Positions 30,502-41,128 of a stretch of DNA of 64,000 nucleotides are shown one piece after another (position 1 is the first letter of the stretch; each line of letters starts with the position of its first letter). The DNA comes from Nostoc sp. (GTDB lineage Bacteria; Cyanobacteriota; Cyanobacteriia; Cyanobacteriales; Nostocaceae). The notes beneath the pieces are model-generated. The model did no database searches, was not told where the DNA came from, and saw only the letters and a program-made list of their open reading frames with translations. The stretch spans positions 96,001 to 160,000 of the forward strand of contig JBALDB010000009.1 in the NCBI GenBank assembly GCA_036918135.1. Direction: 5' to 3'. The position numbers and the translations under genes were made by a program.

Positions 30502-31014
30502 ATGTTGTCTGGCTTGATAAAGTATATACTTGGGATTTTCTTGGCGCTTGCTGTGTTAGTAGGTGGCGGTGTTGCAGTTGCACTTTATTTCATGAATCGT
30601 ACCGGCATAGCCCCTGCCAAACCGATTTTTTCCAATGATAGCCCCTCGGTGAAAGCCCAAGCTCCAAAAGCAACCCAGCCTGGAGGTAAACCTACCTCTA
30701 CACCAGGGGCAACAACTCAATCATCTCCAAAACCAACCTCTACTCCTACCCCTACTGAATCTCCTAAGGCTACCCCATCCCCAAAACCATTGCCGTCAGG
30801 AGCTTACCGAGGGCGCGTAAGTTGGGCTGAAGGGTTGATTTTGCGGGCACAACCAAATCAAGATGCTGAACGAATTGGTGGCGTTGGTTTTAATCAAAAA
30901 ATTATTATCTTGGAACAAAGTGAGGATAAAGCCTGGCAAAAAATCCGTTTGGAAAATACCGAACAAGAAGGTTGGGTGAAAGCAGGTAATACTGAAAAAA
31001 CTAATGAACAATAG
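30502..31014 (+). CDS. Membrane-anchored SH3b-domain protein
   Basis: N-terminal TM, Pro/Thr linker, GLILRAQP...W...EGWV. Confidence 0.85.
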   Translation: MLSGLIKYILGIFLALAVLVGGGVAVALYFMNRTGIAPAKPIFSNDSPSVKAQAPKATQPGGKPTSTPGATTQSSPKPTSTPTPTESPKATPSPKPLPSGAYRGRVSWAEGLILRAQPNQDAERIGGVGFNQKIIILEQSEDKAWQKIRLENTEQEGWVKAGNTEKTNEQ

Positions 31015-31128
31015 TTTAGAAAAACGCTGCCAACAGGACAATCACAATATCTATTGCAATCAGGAAAGCAATATCAAAAATTCATATGTCTTTACTCAAG
31101 ATACTCATTTGGGTTGAGATTGCTTTCC

Positions 31129-32856
31129 TTAAAAATAAGAAGTATGTATCAAAGCATCAATCGGAAGTTCAATTATAAAAGTTGTTTCTTGTCCTTGAAC
31201 AGAAATACAGTTGAGTTTACCACCATGTTTTTGAACGATAATTTGATAACTAATCGATAACCCTAATCCAGCTCCTTGTCCAACTGGTTTAGTTGTGAAA
31301 AAAGGATCGTATATCTTATGTTGTACATCCTTACTAATCCCATAACCATTATCAGAAATTTGAATACTGACCCAACCGACTTGATGAACGTCTGTTTTAA
31401 TTCGGATCAAAGGTGTAAAGCTTGACTGTAATTTAATGTGATAATTAAGCTTTTCTTCCAAGACATCAATCGCATTGGTTAGAATGTTGAAAAATACTTG
31501 GTTCAATTCTTGGGGATAACAACTAATTAGAGGTAAATTCCCATATTCTTTAATTACAATAATTTGGGGTCGATTGCTTGATGAATAACTAATACGGTTC
31601 TGAAGAATCAGCAGTGTTGAATCAAGCCCTTCGTGGATGTCCACAGCTTTAAATTGTGCCTCATCTAAACGAGAAAAGTTACGCAGGGATTCCACAATAT
31701 ATTTAATCCGGTTGGCTCCAGTTTGCATTGATTCGAGTAGTTTAGGTAAATCTTTAATCAAAAATGGTAAATCAATAAATTCGATTTTAGCTTGAACTGC
31801 AAGTACTGGATTTGGATAATGTTCTTGATAGATATTGATTAATTCTAAAATTTCTCGCAGATAAATTTCTGTATGAAATAGGTTTCCATAAATGAAGTTA
31901 ATTGGATTATTAATCTCATGAGCAACTCCTGCTACTATTTGTTCCAAAGACGACATTTTTTCTGCCTGAATAAATTGCAATTGAGCTTTTTGAAGTGCCA
32001 ACATAGCTGTTTCTAATTCTTCAGACCGAGACTGAGCTAAACCAGCTAACGCTTCTTGGTTTTGTAAAGCTTGTTTGAGACATTCTGCGTTTTCTTTGAG
32101 ATCGGCTGTTTTGACCAGCTGAACACTCAATTGTTCGTTGAAAAAAGATGTTATCAGCGTCCACCCCAGAAGGAGTGATGTGAATAAGCCGATAATCGCA
32201 GCCATCCAATAACTTGCAGTAGTGTTAACTGTTGAAAATTCGATTAATTCAACCATTGAAAAATGGGTAGCCATCATCCCTATGTAGTGCATTGATGGAA
32301 TGGCAAAACCCATGATAACTGCACTGCCAATCCTTAAAAAACTCCCTGTTGCTGTATAATTAGTTCTCAGGCGAAACCCCACCCACAAACCAATCAGTGA
32401 CATAAGTATGGCGATCGCAATCGAAAGTGCAACCACACTCAAGTCATAGGACATTGTGACTGGTAAGCGAATAGCAGCCATACCGATGTAGTGCATTGCA
32501 CTAATCCCTATGCCCATCAGCAAGCTACCACTTAATAATCGCAAAATATTAAATTCTGGTTGGCTAACTAGGTGCAAGGCTAATCCAGAGGCAAAAATTG
32601 CAGGTAACACCGAAATCAAAACTATTAACCAGTTGTAGTTAATCGGAATCGGCAGACTGAAAGCCAGCATAGCAATAAAATGCATTGCCCAAATACCGAT
32701 TCCCATGACAATTCCTCCCCCTAGCAACCACCACTGTCGTTGCTGCGATTTAGCATCTGTTACTCTTCTAGCTAAATCAAGTGTGGTGTAAGCCGTAAGC
32801 ATAGCAATACCAACGGAAAATAAGACTAAGTGAATATCGTATATACCGTGAAGCAT
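31129..32856 (-). CDS. MHYT-domain sensor histidine kinase
   Basis: MHFIAM, MHYIGM, MHYIGM repeats; AHEINNP. Confidence 0.9.
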   Translation of the reverse strand: MLHGIYDIHLVLFSVGIAMLTAYTTLDLARRVTDAKSQQRQWWLLGGGIVMGIGIWAMHFIAMLAFSLPIPINYNWLIVLISVLPAIFASGLALHLVSQPEFNILRLLSGSLLMGIGISAMHYIGMAAIRLPVTMSYDLSVVALSIAIAILMSLIGLWVGFRLRTNYTATGSFLRIGSAVIMGFAIPSMHYIGMMATHFSMVELIEFSTVNTTASYWMAAIIGLFTSLLLGWTLITSFFNEQLSVQLVKTADLKENAECLKQALQNQEALAGLAQSRSEELETAMLALQKAQLQFIQAEKMSSLEQIVAGVAHEINNPINFIYGNLFHTEIYLREILELINIYQEHYPNPVLAVQAKIEFIDLPFLIKDLPKLLESMQTGANRIKYIVESLRNFSRLDEAQFKAVDIHEGLDSTLLILQNRISYSSSNRPQIIVIKEYGNLPLISCYPQELNQVFFNILTNAIDVLEEKLNYHIKLQSSFTPLIRIKTDVHQVGWVSIQISDNGYGISKDVQHKIYDPFFTTKPVGQGAGLGLSISYQIIVQKHGGKLNCISVQGQETTFIIELPIDALIHTSYF

Positions 32857-33226
32857 TAGGTTAAGTATTATCTACGATTTAATCAAGACTAGAGGTACTA
32901 CTTGTCTGTATTGCTCATGCTATAAAACCCAAATGGATATAGCAAAAATTTTGTCAGGCAAATAGAAAAGAAGCCTCAAAAGCTTGACATTGATTATTAT
33001 TCCCTTAGACAAGCTAGTGTTTCATATTCACTCTTTGAAGAAGGCAAAAGACAAGATTCCTCCCTATTGCCTTTTAGTGCAGATTTTGTGTAATTAATTG
33101 TGTTCTACTATTTATTAGCTCCCAGATTTATCTGCTAGGTAATGATTACGAATTACTATCAACTGGGGAATTAGTTGTAAATAAAAATATTAAAAATAAA
33201 TGTAACACAGAGTAAATAGTATAATT

Positions 33227-34657
33227 ATGTATACCCACAACCAAAAAAAGCAAGTGAAAACAGAGGTAGATGGCTATTTAACCGAGCTAGCCTCAGTCTT
33301 TGAGGTATCTAAAACCATCAAGGTTGTTCCTCTCGCACTTATTTTAAAATTTTGGAATTGGAAAAATTTATCTAGCCCTGTTGCAATGCGTCTTTTATCT
33401 GTAGCATTGACTATGGGGCTTGTAAGTATTGCTGGGCAAGTTTTAGCACTTCAGAAAATTGGAAGTAACGGTTCTCAAGTCAGCAATAGTCAAAGATGTT
33501 TAAAAAAGTTAGGTTACTTTAAAGGCCCGGTGACAGCCAAGTTTGCTACCTTGACTGAGAATGCTGTCATCAAATTTCAACAAGCCAACAGACTACCTGC
33601 GGATGGGGTTCTAGGTGCTAATACTCAAAGAGCGTTGCAAAGAGCGTGTCAGAGTAAAACCTCTAGTAAAAATATTAATCAAAATTCGCGCTCGCCAGTC
33701 AATCAATATCCTACTCTCTCTCAAGGCAAGACTGGTGCAGTCGTGACTAAGTTGCAACAGCGGTTGAAGCAGCGCGGTTACTTTAATGCTAATCCCACGG
33801 GAAATTTTGGGCGAATCACTAAAAATGCTGTGATTGCATTTCAGCGAAATTCTGGGATATCTGCCAATGGAATTGTCAATCGACAAACTTGGAACGCACT
33901 ACTAGGTTCTTCTCAGACTCCAGCTAAATCGAGTCTTTCCACTCAACAAATTAGAGAACTGCAACAGCGTTTACGACAACTAGGCTACTTTAAAGCTAAT
34001 CCTACTGGCAATACTGGCCCTGTTACCAAAGAAGCGATCGCCAAATTCCAACAAGCTTATAGACTACCCGTGAATGGCACAGCCAATACCCAAACTTTGG
34101 CAGCAGTACGTAGAGCCTCAAGTAGTGGATATCTTACTCAACAACCAACTAGAAATTATCTCACTGTTGGCGATCGTGGAGATAATATCAGATTAGTTCA
34201 AGAACGTTTGTCGCAGTTGGGTTTCTCTAATGCCAATCCTGATGGCTATTTCAGCGATTACACTAGAGAATCTGTAATGGCATTCCAGCAATCTTCTCGA
34301 CTCAATTCTACTGGAAATGTAGATTGGCGAACTTGGGAAGCATTAGGATTGAATAACTCAACTGGAGATAATTCTGTTGAAACTAATCGCTATGTAGCAC
34401 CTGTTAATAATAATTATTTATTGCCTGAGACTAACGGTAATATCTTAGCTACTAACAATCGTTATACAGTTATCGTCCCAGTTTTCAGTAATGATACTTT
34501 GATTAAAGTGCAACAATATATACCTCATGCTGTGACAGAGCAATCTAATCTGGGGGATTATGTGAATGCGGGAGCATTTAGCGATCGCGCCGAAGCCGAA
34601 AGGCTATCGAAAATGCTTCGCTCCTATGGTCTAGATGCAAGAGTCAAATACAATTGA
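33227..34657 (+). CDS. Multi peptidoglycan-binding (PG_binding_1) protein; start may be downstream
   Basis: Four LQ.RL..LGY....TG.FG..T..AV..FQ repeats and a SPOR-like C-terminus. Confidence 0.85.
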   Translation: MYTHNQKKQVKTEVDGYLTELASVFEVSKTIKVVPLALILKFWNWKNLSSPVAMRLLSVALTMGLVSIAGQVLALQKIGSNGSQVSNSQRCLKKLGYFKGPVTAKFATLTENAVIKFQQANRLPADGVLGANTQRALQRACQSKTSSKNINQNSRSPVNQYPTLSQGKTGAVVTKLQQRLKQRGYFNANPTGNFGRITKNAVIAFQRNSGISANGIVNRQTWNALLGSSQTPAKSSLSTQQIRELQQRLRQLGYFKANPTGNTGPVTKEAIAKFQQAYRLPVNGTANTQTLAAVRRASSSGYLTQQPTRNYLTVGDRGDNIRLVQERLSQLGFSNANPDGYFSDYTRESVMAFQQSSRLNSTGNVDWRTWEALGLNNSTGDNSVETNRYVAPVNNNYLLPETNGNILATNNRYTVIVPVFSNDTLIKVQQYIPHAVTEQSNLGDYVNAGAFSDRAEAERLSKMLRSYGLDARVKYN

Positions 34658-34779
34658 AGAAGAATACAGAATTTAGAATTCATAATCATTTAATTATGAT
34701 GTTTACGACGGGCTACGCCTACTAAGTCTTAATAATTTCTGATAGCTTTGTTTTTTATTTTGCAAAAGGCGTATTTTCA

Positions 34780-35175
34780 TCAAAAATAATTGACTTGATT
34801 AATATCAGTGTGAATAAAGTCGTTACCTTTGAATAGCAAGGGCTGATTTGTAGATTTTGCCAAAGCGTAGGAAAAGCAATCTCCCATATTCAGCTTTGCT
34901 GGATGGCGACCCTTACCAAATTTCAAGAATGCTTCACTGGCTAACTGTGCTTGCTCTGCACTGAAAGATACGATCGTTATGGAGAGTGCTTGAATCAATA
35001 AATTCAACTTTTCTACACCCTGTTGACCATGTTTAGTACCCAAAACTATTGATGCTTCAACATAGCTTGGGGCAGAAAGTAGGCAATCTTCGCTTTCATC
35101 AATTAGTTGAATAAATATCAATTCTTCAGGTTCAGCATAAATAATTGCGAGGATAACTGAAGTATCAATAACCAT
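34780..35175 (-). CDS. vapC: VapC PIN toxin
   Basis: MVIDTS, FGKGRHPAKLNMGDCFSYA, LLFKGNDF. Confidence 0.93.
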   Translation of the reverse strand: MVIDTSVILAIIYAEPEELIFIQLIDESEDCLLSAPSYVEASIVLGTKHGQQGVEKLNLLIQALSITIVSFSAEQAQLASEAFLKFGKGRHPAKLNMGDCFSYALAKSTNQPLLFKGNDFIHTDINQVNYF

Positions 35176-35435
35176 TACTCTGGTATTCCAAACTCGTTAT
35201 AGCCAATAATTTCATCGGGTGTTCTGCTATCAAGAGTTGGTAAATTCCTAATTTCATCACAGATATTGCGAACAACATTAATATCAATTTTTTTCGCTTT
35301 TATATTTTGGAAGGAAATAGGATGAAGTTGATATAATAGTTTTCCTTTTATTTCCATACCTGCAAGACTTGGAGGCATTTTTAGGTAGAGAAAACCGTTC
35401 TCATCTACACGGGCATCAACGTTGATTTCCTGCAT
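35175..35435 (-). CDS. vapB: VapB-type antitoxin
   Basis: 1-nt overlap with vapC; C-terminal LPTLDSRTPDEIIGYNEFGIP. Confidence 0.75.
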   Translation of the reverse strand: MQEINVDARVDENGFLYLKMPPSLAGMEIKGKLLYQLHPISFQNIKAKKIDINVVRNICDEIRNLPTLDSRTPDEIIGYNEFGIPE

Positions 35436-35481
35436 TATTTTATGCTCTCAATTGAATTACCTGATTTATTTTAGTCTTTTA

Positions 35482-38400
35482 TTAAATTGACAAACTCAAC
35501 TGCGAACCTTGCTGAGTTTTATTCACCTCAATTCTGGCTTGGAAAGCTTCTTTGAGGTGGGGCATGTGGGTGACAGTGAGAATGCAAGCAAAATCAGAAG
35601 CGATGGCATTAATCGCTGCAACTAAGCGATCGCATCCTTCAGCATCCTGTGTGCCAAAACCCTCATCCACAATCAACAATTGCAACGCCGCCCCCGCCCG
35701 TTGTGCTAATAATTTCGCCAAGGCTAAACGGATAGCAAAGTTAATTCTAAAAGCTTCTCCACCAGAATAAGTTTCATAAGCCCGCGTTCCTCTGGAATCA
35801 GCGATTAAAATATCCAAGGTGTCTATCAACTTGGCATTTTTCTTAGTTGATTTACCATGACGCCCAGCTTTTTGAGTAATAAATTGTACATGAAATTGAT
35901 TAGCACTCAACCGCGAAAGTAATTGATTTGTCTCAGCTTCCAGTTGAGGTAATACATTTTCAATCATTAATGTTTGAATACCATTTTTACCAAAGGCCTG
36001 CGCTAATTCCTGATAAACACGGTGTTCGTGCTTGCAAGATTGTAGTTGTTTGTATTGTTGTTCGTACTGAATTTGCAGCGCTTGGAGTTGATGCGCTAAC
36101 TGCTCTAAACGCCCCAACTTGGCAATTTGTTCGTCGAGTTGGCGTCTGCGTATTGCTAGCTGCTGCTCTAGGGCATGAATTTGGGCAGATGGGTTGGCTG
36201 TCGCTTGTAGTTGCTCGATTATGCTTTCGATTTGGTTGGCAAGTTTTTGCCGCTCCATTATTCTGACGCCTCTAGAATCCTCTAATTCTTGTAATCTCGT
36301 CTGGAGTTGGGGATGATGCTGCTGGGCTGTTAAAAGTTGTTGATACAGCAAATGCCAAGATTGAGCTTTCTTCACAGCCATGCGGAGGTTATTGTGCAGT
36401 TCCAAACTATAGCCAATTTCAACAATCTGACGTTCCAAAGCCGCAATTTGTTTGGCAGATTCGGAATTAGTTTGTTCTTGGTGGATTCTAGCTTCTAATT
36501 CGGCAATAGTAGCTTGCAGTTGTGGTTTTCGGGCTGCTAGTTGCGCTTGTCGTTTAGTAGCATCTTTAATTTGGCTTTGTTTAATTTCTGCCCAGCGCCA
36601 CCGCTCAACTTCACTGCGAGCTAAGGCGTGGTCTTGTTCATTATAATTAACTTGTTGCAGATATTGGTCTAACTTTTGCAGTTCGGCTTGTTTATCGGGA
36701 GCATAATCACCAGCTTGTAGCGATCGCTCTAAATGTTGCTTTTCAGTAGCAATTTGTTGTAATTGTTGTTGGACATCAGTTGTCGCTTCTAACTGGGCTG
36801 CCAATTGTCCCCGCTGTTCGCGTAAACCGTCATAAATTCCTAATTGTTGCGATATTTCTCGATATTCCTGCCTGAGTACTTGAATTTCCCGATCTGAAAC
36901 AGCCATTTGTTCGCGCACTACCCAAAACTGTCCTTGAGTATCATCCATCTCAATTTGGGTTTTTTCTACCACACGGCTCCAATGATGTTCGTCTAAAGGA
37001 CGTTCGCACAACGGACAAAGAGCATTGGGATTTTGGAGCATTTGTAGTTTTTGCTCTAATTCTCCCAGCAGTTTTTCATAATCGCGTTGATGAGCTTGGA
37101 GACGTTCAATAAAGTGACGCCTTTCTTGCCCTTTTTCCTGGACTCGTTGCAGATAAATCCGCTTTTTGTCCAGTTCCTCAATTTGGATTCCTACATCCAT
37201 TACCGCTTGTTGTAGTTGCGGTTGGCGTCGTTGTTGGCGTTGTAATTGGTTTTCTGTATTTTGCAGTTGTTCGAGCCGCGCAACTAAACCAGCATGAGTC
37301 CGATCTAATTGGCTTTGTAAAGCTGCTCGTTGTTGCAACAATGGAGTCACCTGCATTTGCAATTGGTCTAAATGAGCCAAATGGTGACGTGCTGCACCCA
37401 GTTGTGACAAAGCAGCTTCTACTTCACCTGCTTTGGTGAGAGTTTGCTGAATTTCCCGTTCTTGTTGCTGCAAAGCTTCGATTTGGGCTTGAGCTTGTTG
37501 CAATTGCCGTTCAATTTCCTGAATTTGTTTGCTAAGCTGTTGTTGCTTTTGTTGGCGAGTTTGCTGGGCGCGAGTATATTCTTCAAATTTGGCAGCAAAA
37601 GCTTCTTCTTGAGATTGCAGACTTTGATATTGGGCGTATCCAGCTTTAATCTCAGCTTCTCGATCTAAGATTTTTTCTAAATCTGATAGCTGAGAGCCAA
37701 CTGCTAACTGTTCTTGTTGCAGGCGATCGCAGTCTTGGTTAAGATTTTGATATTGCTGCTTGACAAAGCTCAGTTGTTGTTCCCAATTTTGGCGCTGATG
37801 CTGGACAACTTGCAAACTTTGTAATTGAATATTGTCAAAAGCTTGTACCTGTTGCAGTTGATTGAGTTCAGCTTCTAACTGCTCTCTTTGGGCTTCGGTT
37901 GTCTTTTGTTGTTGTAGCTGAATTTTAATCGCATCCAAAGAACGCTCTAATTCCTCCGCTCGTGCTTTGAGCTGACGAGAAGATTCCTTTGCCCGTTCTT
38001 CTAAATCATCATACTGATTGAGTTTCAACAACTCCGCTAAAATTTCTTTGCGTTCGCTAGGTCGTTTGAGCATGAATTCATCCGCTCGACCTTGACGTAA
38101 GTAGGCAGAATTAATGAAAGTATCATAATCGAGCTTAATATATTCTAAAATTGAATCTTGGGTTGCCCTTACCCCTTTGCCTGTGAGTGGGCGAAACCCA
38201 GAGGGCGTTTCTATTTGAAATTCCAGGACGCTACTAGCTCCCCGAATTCGCGTACGAATCACCCGATATGTTTGCTGGTTACTTTGGAAAATAAAATCAA
38301 CCCGAACTTCTTTGGCACCAGAATAGATAACATCATCTTCAGCACTGGCGCGGCTTTCACCCCAAATTGCCCAAGTGATTGCTTCTAAAAGGGAGGATTT

Positions 38401-38508
38401 TCCTGCACCGTTGGAGCCAGAAATACAAGCCGTATGCAAACCGCGAAAATCTAAAGTTGCATCACGGTAACTGAGAAAGTTTTTGAGAATAAGTTGTACT
38501 GGGATCAT
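35482..38508 (-). CDS. sbcC: SbcC/Rad50 SMC-like ATPase
   Basis: GSNGAGKS, CPLC hook, YSGGE, VDEGFG, long coiled coil. Confidence 0.95.
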   Translation of the reverse strand: MIPVQLILKNFLSYRDATLDFRGLHTACISGSNGAGKSSLLEAITWAIWGESRASAEDDVIYSGAKEVRVDFIFQSNQQTYRVIRTRIRGASSVLEFQIETPSGFRPLTGKGVRATQDSILEYIKLDYDTFINSAYLRQGRADEFMLKRPSERKEILAELLKLNQYDDLEERAKESSRQLKARAEELERSLDAIKIQLQQQKTTEAQREQLEAELNQLQQVQAFDNIQLQSLQVVQHQRQNWEQQLSFVKQQYQNLNQDCDRLQQEQLAVGSQLSDLEKILDREAEIKAGYAQYQSLQSQEEAFAAKFEEYTRAQQTRQQKQQQLSKQIQEIERQLQQAQAQIEALQQQEREIQQTLTKAGEVEAALSQLGAARHHLAHLDQLQMQVTPLLQQRAALQSQLDRTHAGLVARLEQLQNTENQLQRQQRRQPQLQQAVMDVGIQIEELDKKRIYLQRVQEKGQERRHFIERLQAHQRDYEKLLGELEQKLQMLQNPNALCPLCERPLDEHHWSRVVEKTQIEMDDTQGQFWVVREQMAVSDREIQVLRQEYREISQQLGIYDGLREQRGQLAAQLEATTDVQQQLQQIATEKQHLERSLQAGDYAPDKQAELQKLDQYLQQVNYNEQDHALARSEVERWRWAEIKQSQIKDATKRQAQLAARKPQLQATIAELEARIHQEQTNSESAKQIAALERQIVEIGYSLELHNNLRMAVKKAQSWHLLYQQLLTAQQHHPQLQTRLQELEDSRGVRIMERQKLANQIESIIEQLQATANPSAQIHALEQQLAIRRRQLDEQIAKLGRLEQLAHQLQALQIQYEQQYKQLQSCKHEHRVYQELAQAFGKNGIQTLMIENVLPQLEAETNQLLSRLSANQFHVQFITQKAGRHGKSTKKNAKLIDTLDILIADSRGTRAYETYSGGEAFRINFAIRLALAKLLAQRAGAALQLLIVDEGFGTQDAEGCDRLVAAINAIASDFACILTVTHMPHLKEAFQARIEVNKTQQGSQLSLSI

Positions 38509-38546
38509 TCACGCTATAGCGCCTACATCTACTTTTAATAATTAAG

Positions 38547-38560
38547 AGTACAGATGCACT
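38547..38560. promoter_or_regulatory. Putative LexA box upstream of sbcC
   Basis: AGTACAGATGCACT, 1 mismatch to RGTAC-N3-DGTWCB. Confidence 0.5.
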
Positions 38561-39257
38561 GTTTGTTAGTTTAGCTATCTAGATATCAGGTTTCTAGTCT
38601 TGAAGATATCAATTTTACAAAAATTTACAATTTGATGAGTGAATTTTTCTTGTTGCCTAAAAAATTTTTGCTGTATTCAGAGAAAAATTAAACTGTCGTT
38701 CAGGCTCCCATTTATTTCCTGCTGTTGACTGGGAATCAAAAATTCACACAAGAGTTGTTCTCAGGATTGAGGGAAATGATTTCTGTTTATTATTTACATT
38801 TGAGCAGGAAATTAGCTAGGAATTTGCTTCGCCATATTTATCTAAAAAAAGTAGTAATCCTCAAATATTAAAATCCGCCAGCGCGAGTTTCATTTATGGT
38901 GCGACTATTAAACGCCAATAAATAATTTTGACTAATTGCGATGCCATTATTTGACCTATACCGAGGTATCACAATCGAATATTTGTACTGTCAGTAAATT
39001 CTGTTAAATCTAGAAATTGCAGGCGACTCTTTTCGTTGATGACTGCAAGTCTCAGATTCTTGTGATTAAGATCACACCACTTCAAAGCCATAAATAGCTA
39101 GTATCAAGCGAAGAAATATCTGGTACTCATTAAAAAGAAGAATTTTCTCACTGTTATTTTATAAGTATTATTTTATACTTATAAAATATATTTACTAAAG
39201 TTAACAGTTTTTATTCTTCACTAAGCCACGTAAAAAATGAGAAAAAGGTAAATAGTA

Positions 39258-39995
39258 ATGCTCGAACTTTTACTAAAAAACCAATTAAGCGCTCCCAGAA
39301 AGCAAAATTTTAAAAATGAAATCTTGACTAGAGTTAAAGGTCGAAAACCAGAACTTTTAGATACAGAAATAAAATTTTATAAAACTGAATTACTCCCGTA
39401 TTTTATTAAATTGAGTCAACATAATCCTGTTTTCAATATTACAGAGCAATTACGTCTTTTAGTAGGTGTTTGGACACCAATCTGGTCTACCATCTCCTTC
39501 CACGAGACTTTACCTAAAAGAATACAAGAGCAGTCTTTCCAAATTTTTCAACAGAATGGTTATTGTGCTAGCGTAGCTCGCTATATATTAGGAAAGGAAT
39601 CCTTCTCTTATAGAGAATCGCCACTGAAATTACTAGCTTACGACTTCATGGTAGTGCAAAAGTATGAAGTTAAAAATGGTAAATGGTACATTCAAGATGT
39701 TGGAAAATTTCAAGCTTTTAAAAATCCGGAAATTCCTTTGACTTTAGAATCAGCCTCTGATTGGTTTACTAATGTATTTAATACTCAAGTAAAATCGTCT
39801 GTGTTAAAAGTAAATTTACCTAAAGCTCTCGAATTAGACAATCTAGATACAAATAATGCTGCTCAAAATCAAAAAACGTGTTTAGCAACTTCTTTAGTGT
39901 TTGAGCATTTATATATCGATAGTGACTGGAGACTTGTGAAAACTCAAACAGATGCCTCACAACTACCAAATTATACAATTGCTGTTAAAAGGTAA
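39258..39995 (+). CDS. Hypothetical protein, divergent PAP/fibrillin-like
   Basis: LSQHNP...LVGVWTPIWST and HLYIDSDWRLVK resemble fibrillin motifs. Confidence 0.55.
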   Translation: MLELLLKNQLSAPRKQNFKNEILTRVKGRKPELLDTEIKFYKTELLPYFIKLSQHNPVFNITEQLRLLVGVWTPIWSTISFHETLPKRIQEQSFQIFQQNGYCASVARYILGKESFSYRESPLKLLAYDFMVVQKYEVKNGKWYIQDVGKFQAFKNPEIPLTLESASDWFTNVFNTQVKSSVLKVNLPKALELDNLDTNNAAQNQKTCLATSLVFEHLYIDSDWRLVKTQTDASQLPNYTIAVKR

Positions 39996-40201
39996 TGAAG
40001 AAAAAAATTGTAGTCAATTGAAAAATTTTTGAGAAAGAATAAGGTGTGGGGTGTTAGGGGATTGGAAGAGGTCTATTAAACAGCGCCAGCAGCAATTTTA
40101 AATACCCATGTAAGAGATAGTTTATCTTTGAGTCGCACAGATAACCATTCCTTATGTCCGTTACTTATCTGTTGTTATTTGACTTGATTTTTATCTAATA
40201 G

Positions 40202-40453
40202 TCAATTCTCAGGTAATTGCCAAGAACGCCCTTGACAATAAACATAACCATTGGCAATGGAGATACCAAACATTTGTCGCATGATTCTGGTTGCTTCTTT
40301 CCTCTCTTCATCTGTCAAGCAATCCTGACCTTTGAAACCTGCTCGATAATGTCTAGGATTACCACCAGCTTCTATATAACGCTGCTTGCCAATTTCTAAA
40401 ATTTCTTGGAACCTTGCATATTTTTGCTTTTGTTCTTCAGTCCAATTTGCCAT
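40202..40453 (-). CDS. Hypothetical protein
   Basis: ATG 40453 (MANWTEEQKQ) lies 2 nt after the upstream stop. Confidence 0.6.
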   Translation of the reverse strand: MANWTEEQKQKYARFQEILEIGKQRYIEAGGNPRHYRAGFKGQDCLTDEERKEATRIMRQMFGISIANGYVYCQGRSWQLPEN

Positions 40454-40455
40454 AA

Positions 40456-40635
40456 TTACAAGTCCCAAGTAGTCGGAACAATATCACCATTTTGTAAAAT
40501 CATAGCAATCGGTAAGACAGGGCTGGGCGTATTTATATACCAATTGCCACTATCTTCATCATAAAACGTATTACCGAGTAAATCTAGGGTAGTCAGTGCG
40601 TTCATAATTAAGTATTGCGCTTCACTCGGTTCCAT
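40456..40635 (-). CDS. 59-aa hypothetical protein
   Basis: MEPSEAQYLIMNALTTLDLLGNTFYDEDSGNWYINTPSPVLPIAMILQNGDIVPTTWDL; missed by the ORF track. Confidence 0.55.
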   Translation of the reverse strand: MEPSEAQYLIMNALTTLDLLGNTFYDEDSGNWYINTPSPVLPIAMILQNGDIVPTTWDL

Positions 40636-41128
40636 CAGGAATTACTCTACAAATTGACTTTAGCAATTCTAAAGGAAAGAGAAAGTATTTCCCAAGTCTT
40701 AGGCAATAAATCTATAGTAATCCGCTTTGATTTTGAACTTACTTACCTTACCAAGGGTAGGGAATAGTGACGAAGCTTTTCCAGTTGTATCTAACGGTAG
40801 AAAAAATCAAATAAGACTTCTATAGAATGAAAGTAATAGTTGGCAATGGCGTAAGTATGTGAACGTAAGCAATTAAACAAAGTTAGGAAACAACCAAACT
40901 AATTTGGCGTCATTAAGAGTATCTTGTCTCCTATTTATCAAGGCAGATTAACAGAACAAAAGCTTTGACGAGCGATATCTCTAATAACTACGCCAACACA
41001 TATACTCCATGTCAAATAAATACTTTTGAGTTCGTAATATGCCAAAAGTCACGTTTAAGATTAGTCAGAAACAAACTCAGTGAGCCGGCGTCATTACACA
41101 TATCACATAGATTAAGGTCAACTCACCT

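Noticed and set aside
35552..38388. Antisense ORFs inside sbcC (similarly inside pnt, hik2 and the ABC gene)
   Set aside because: They are shadow frames of strongly supported genes with no independent motifs.
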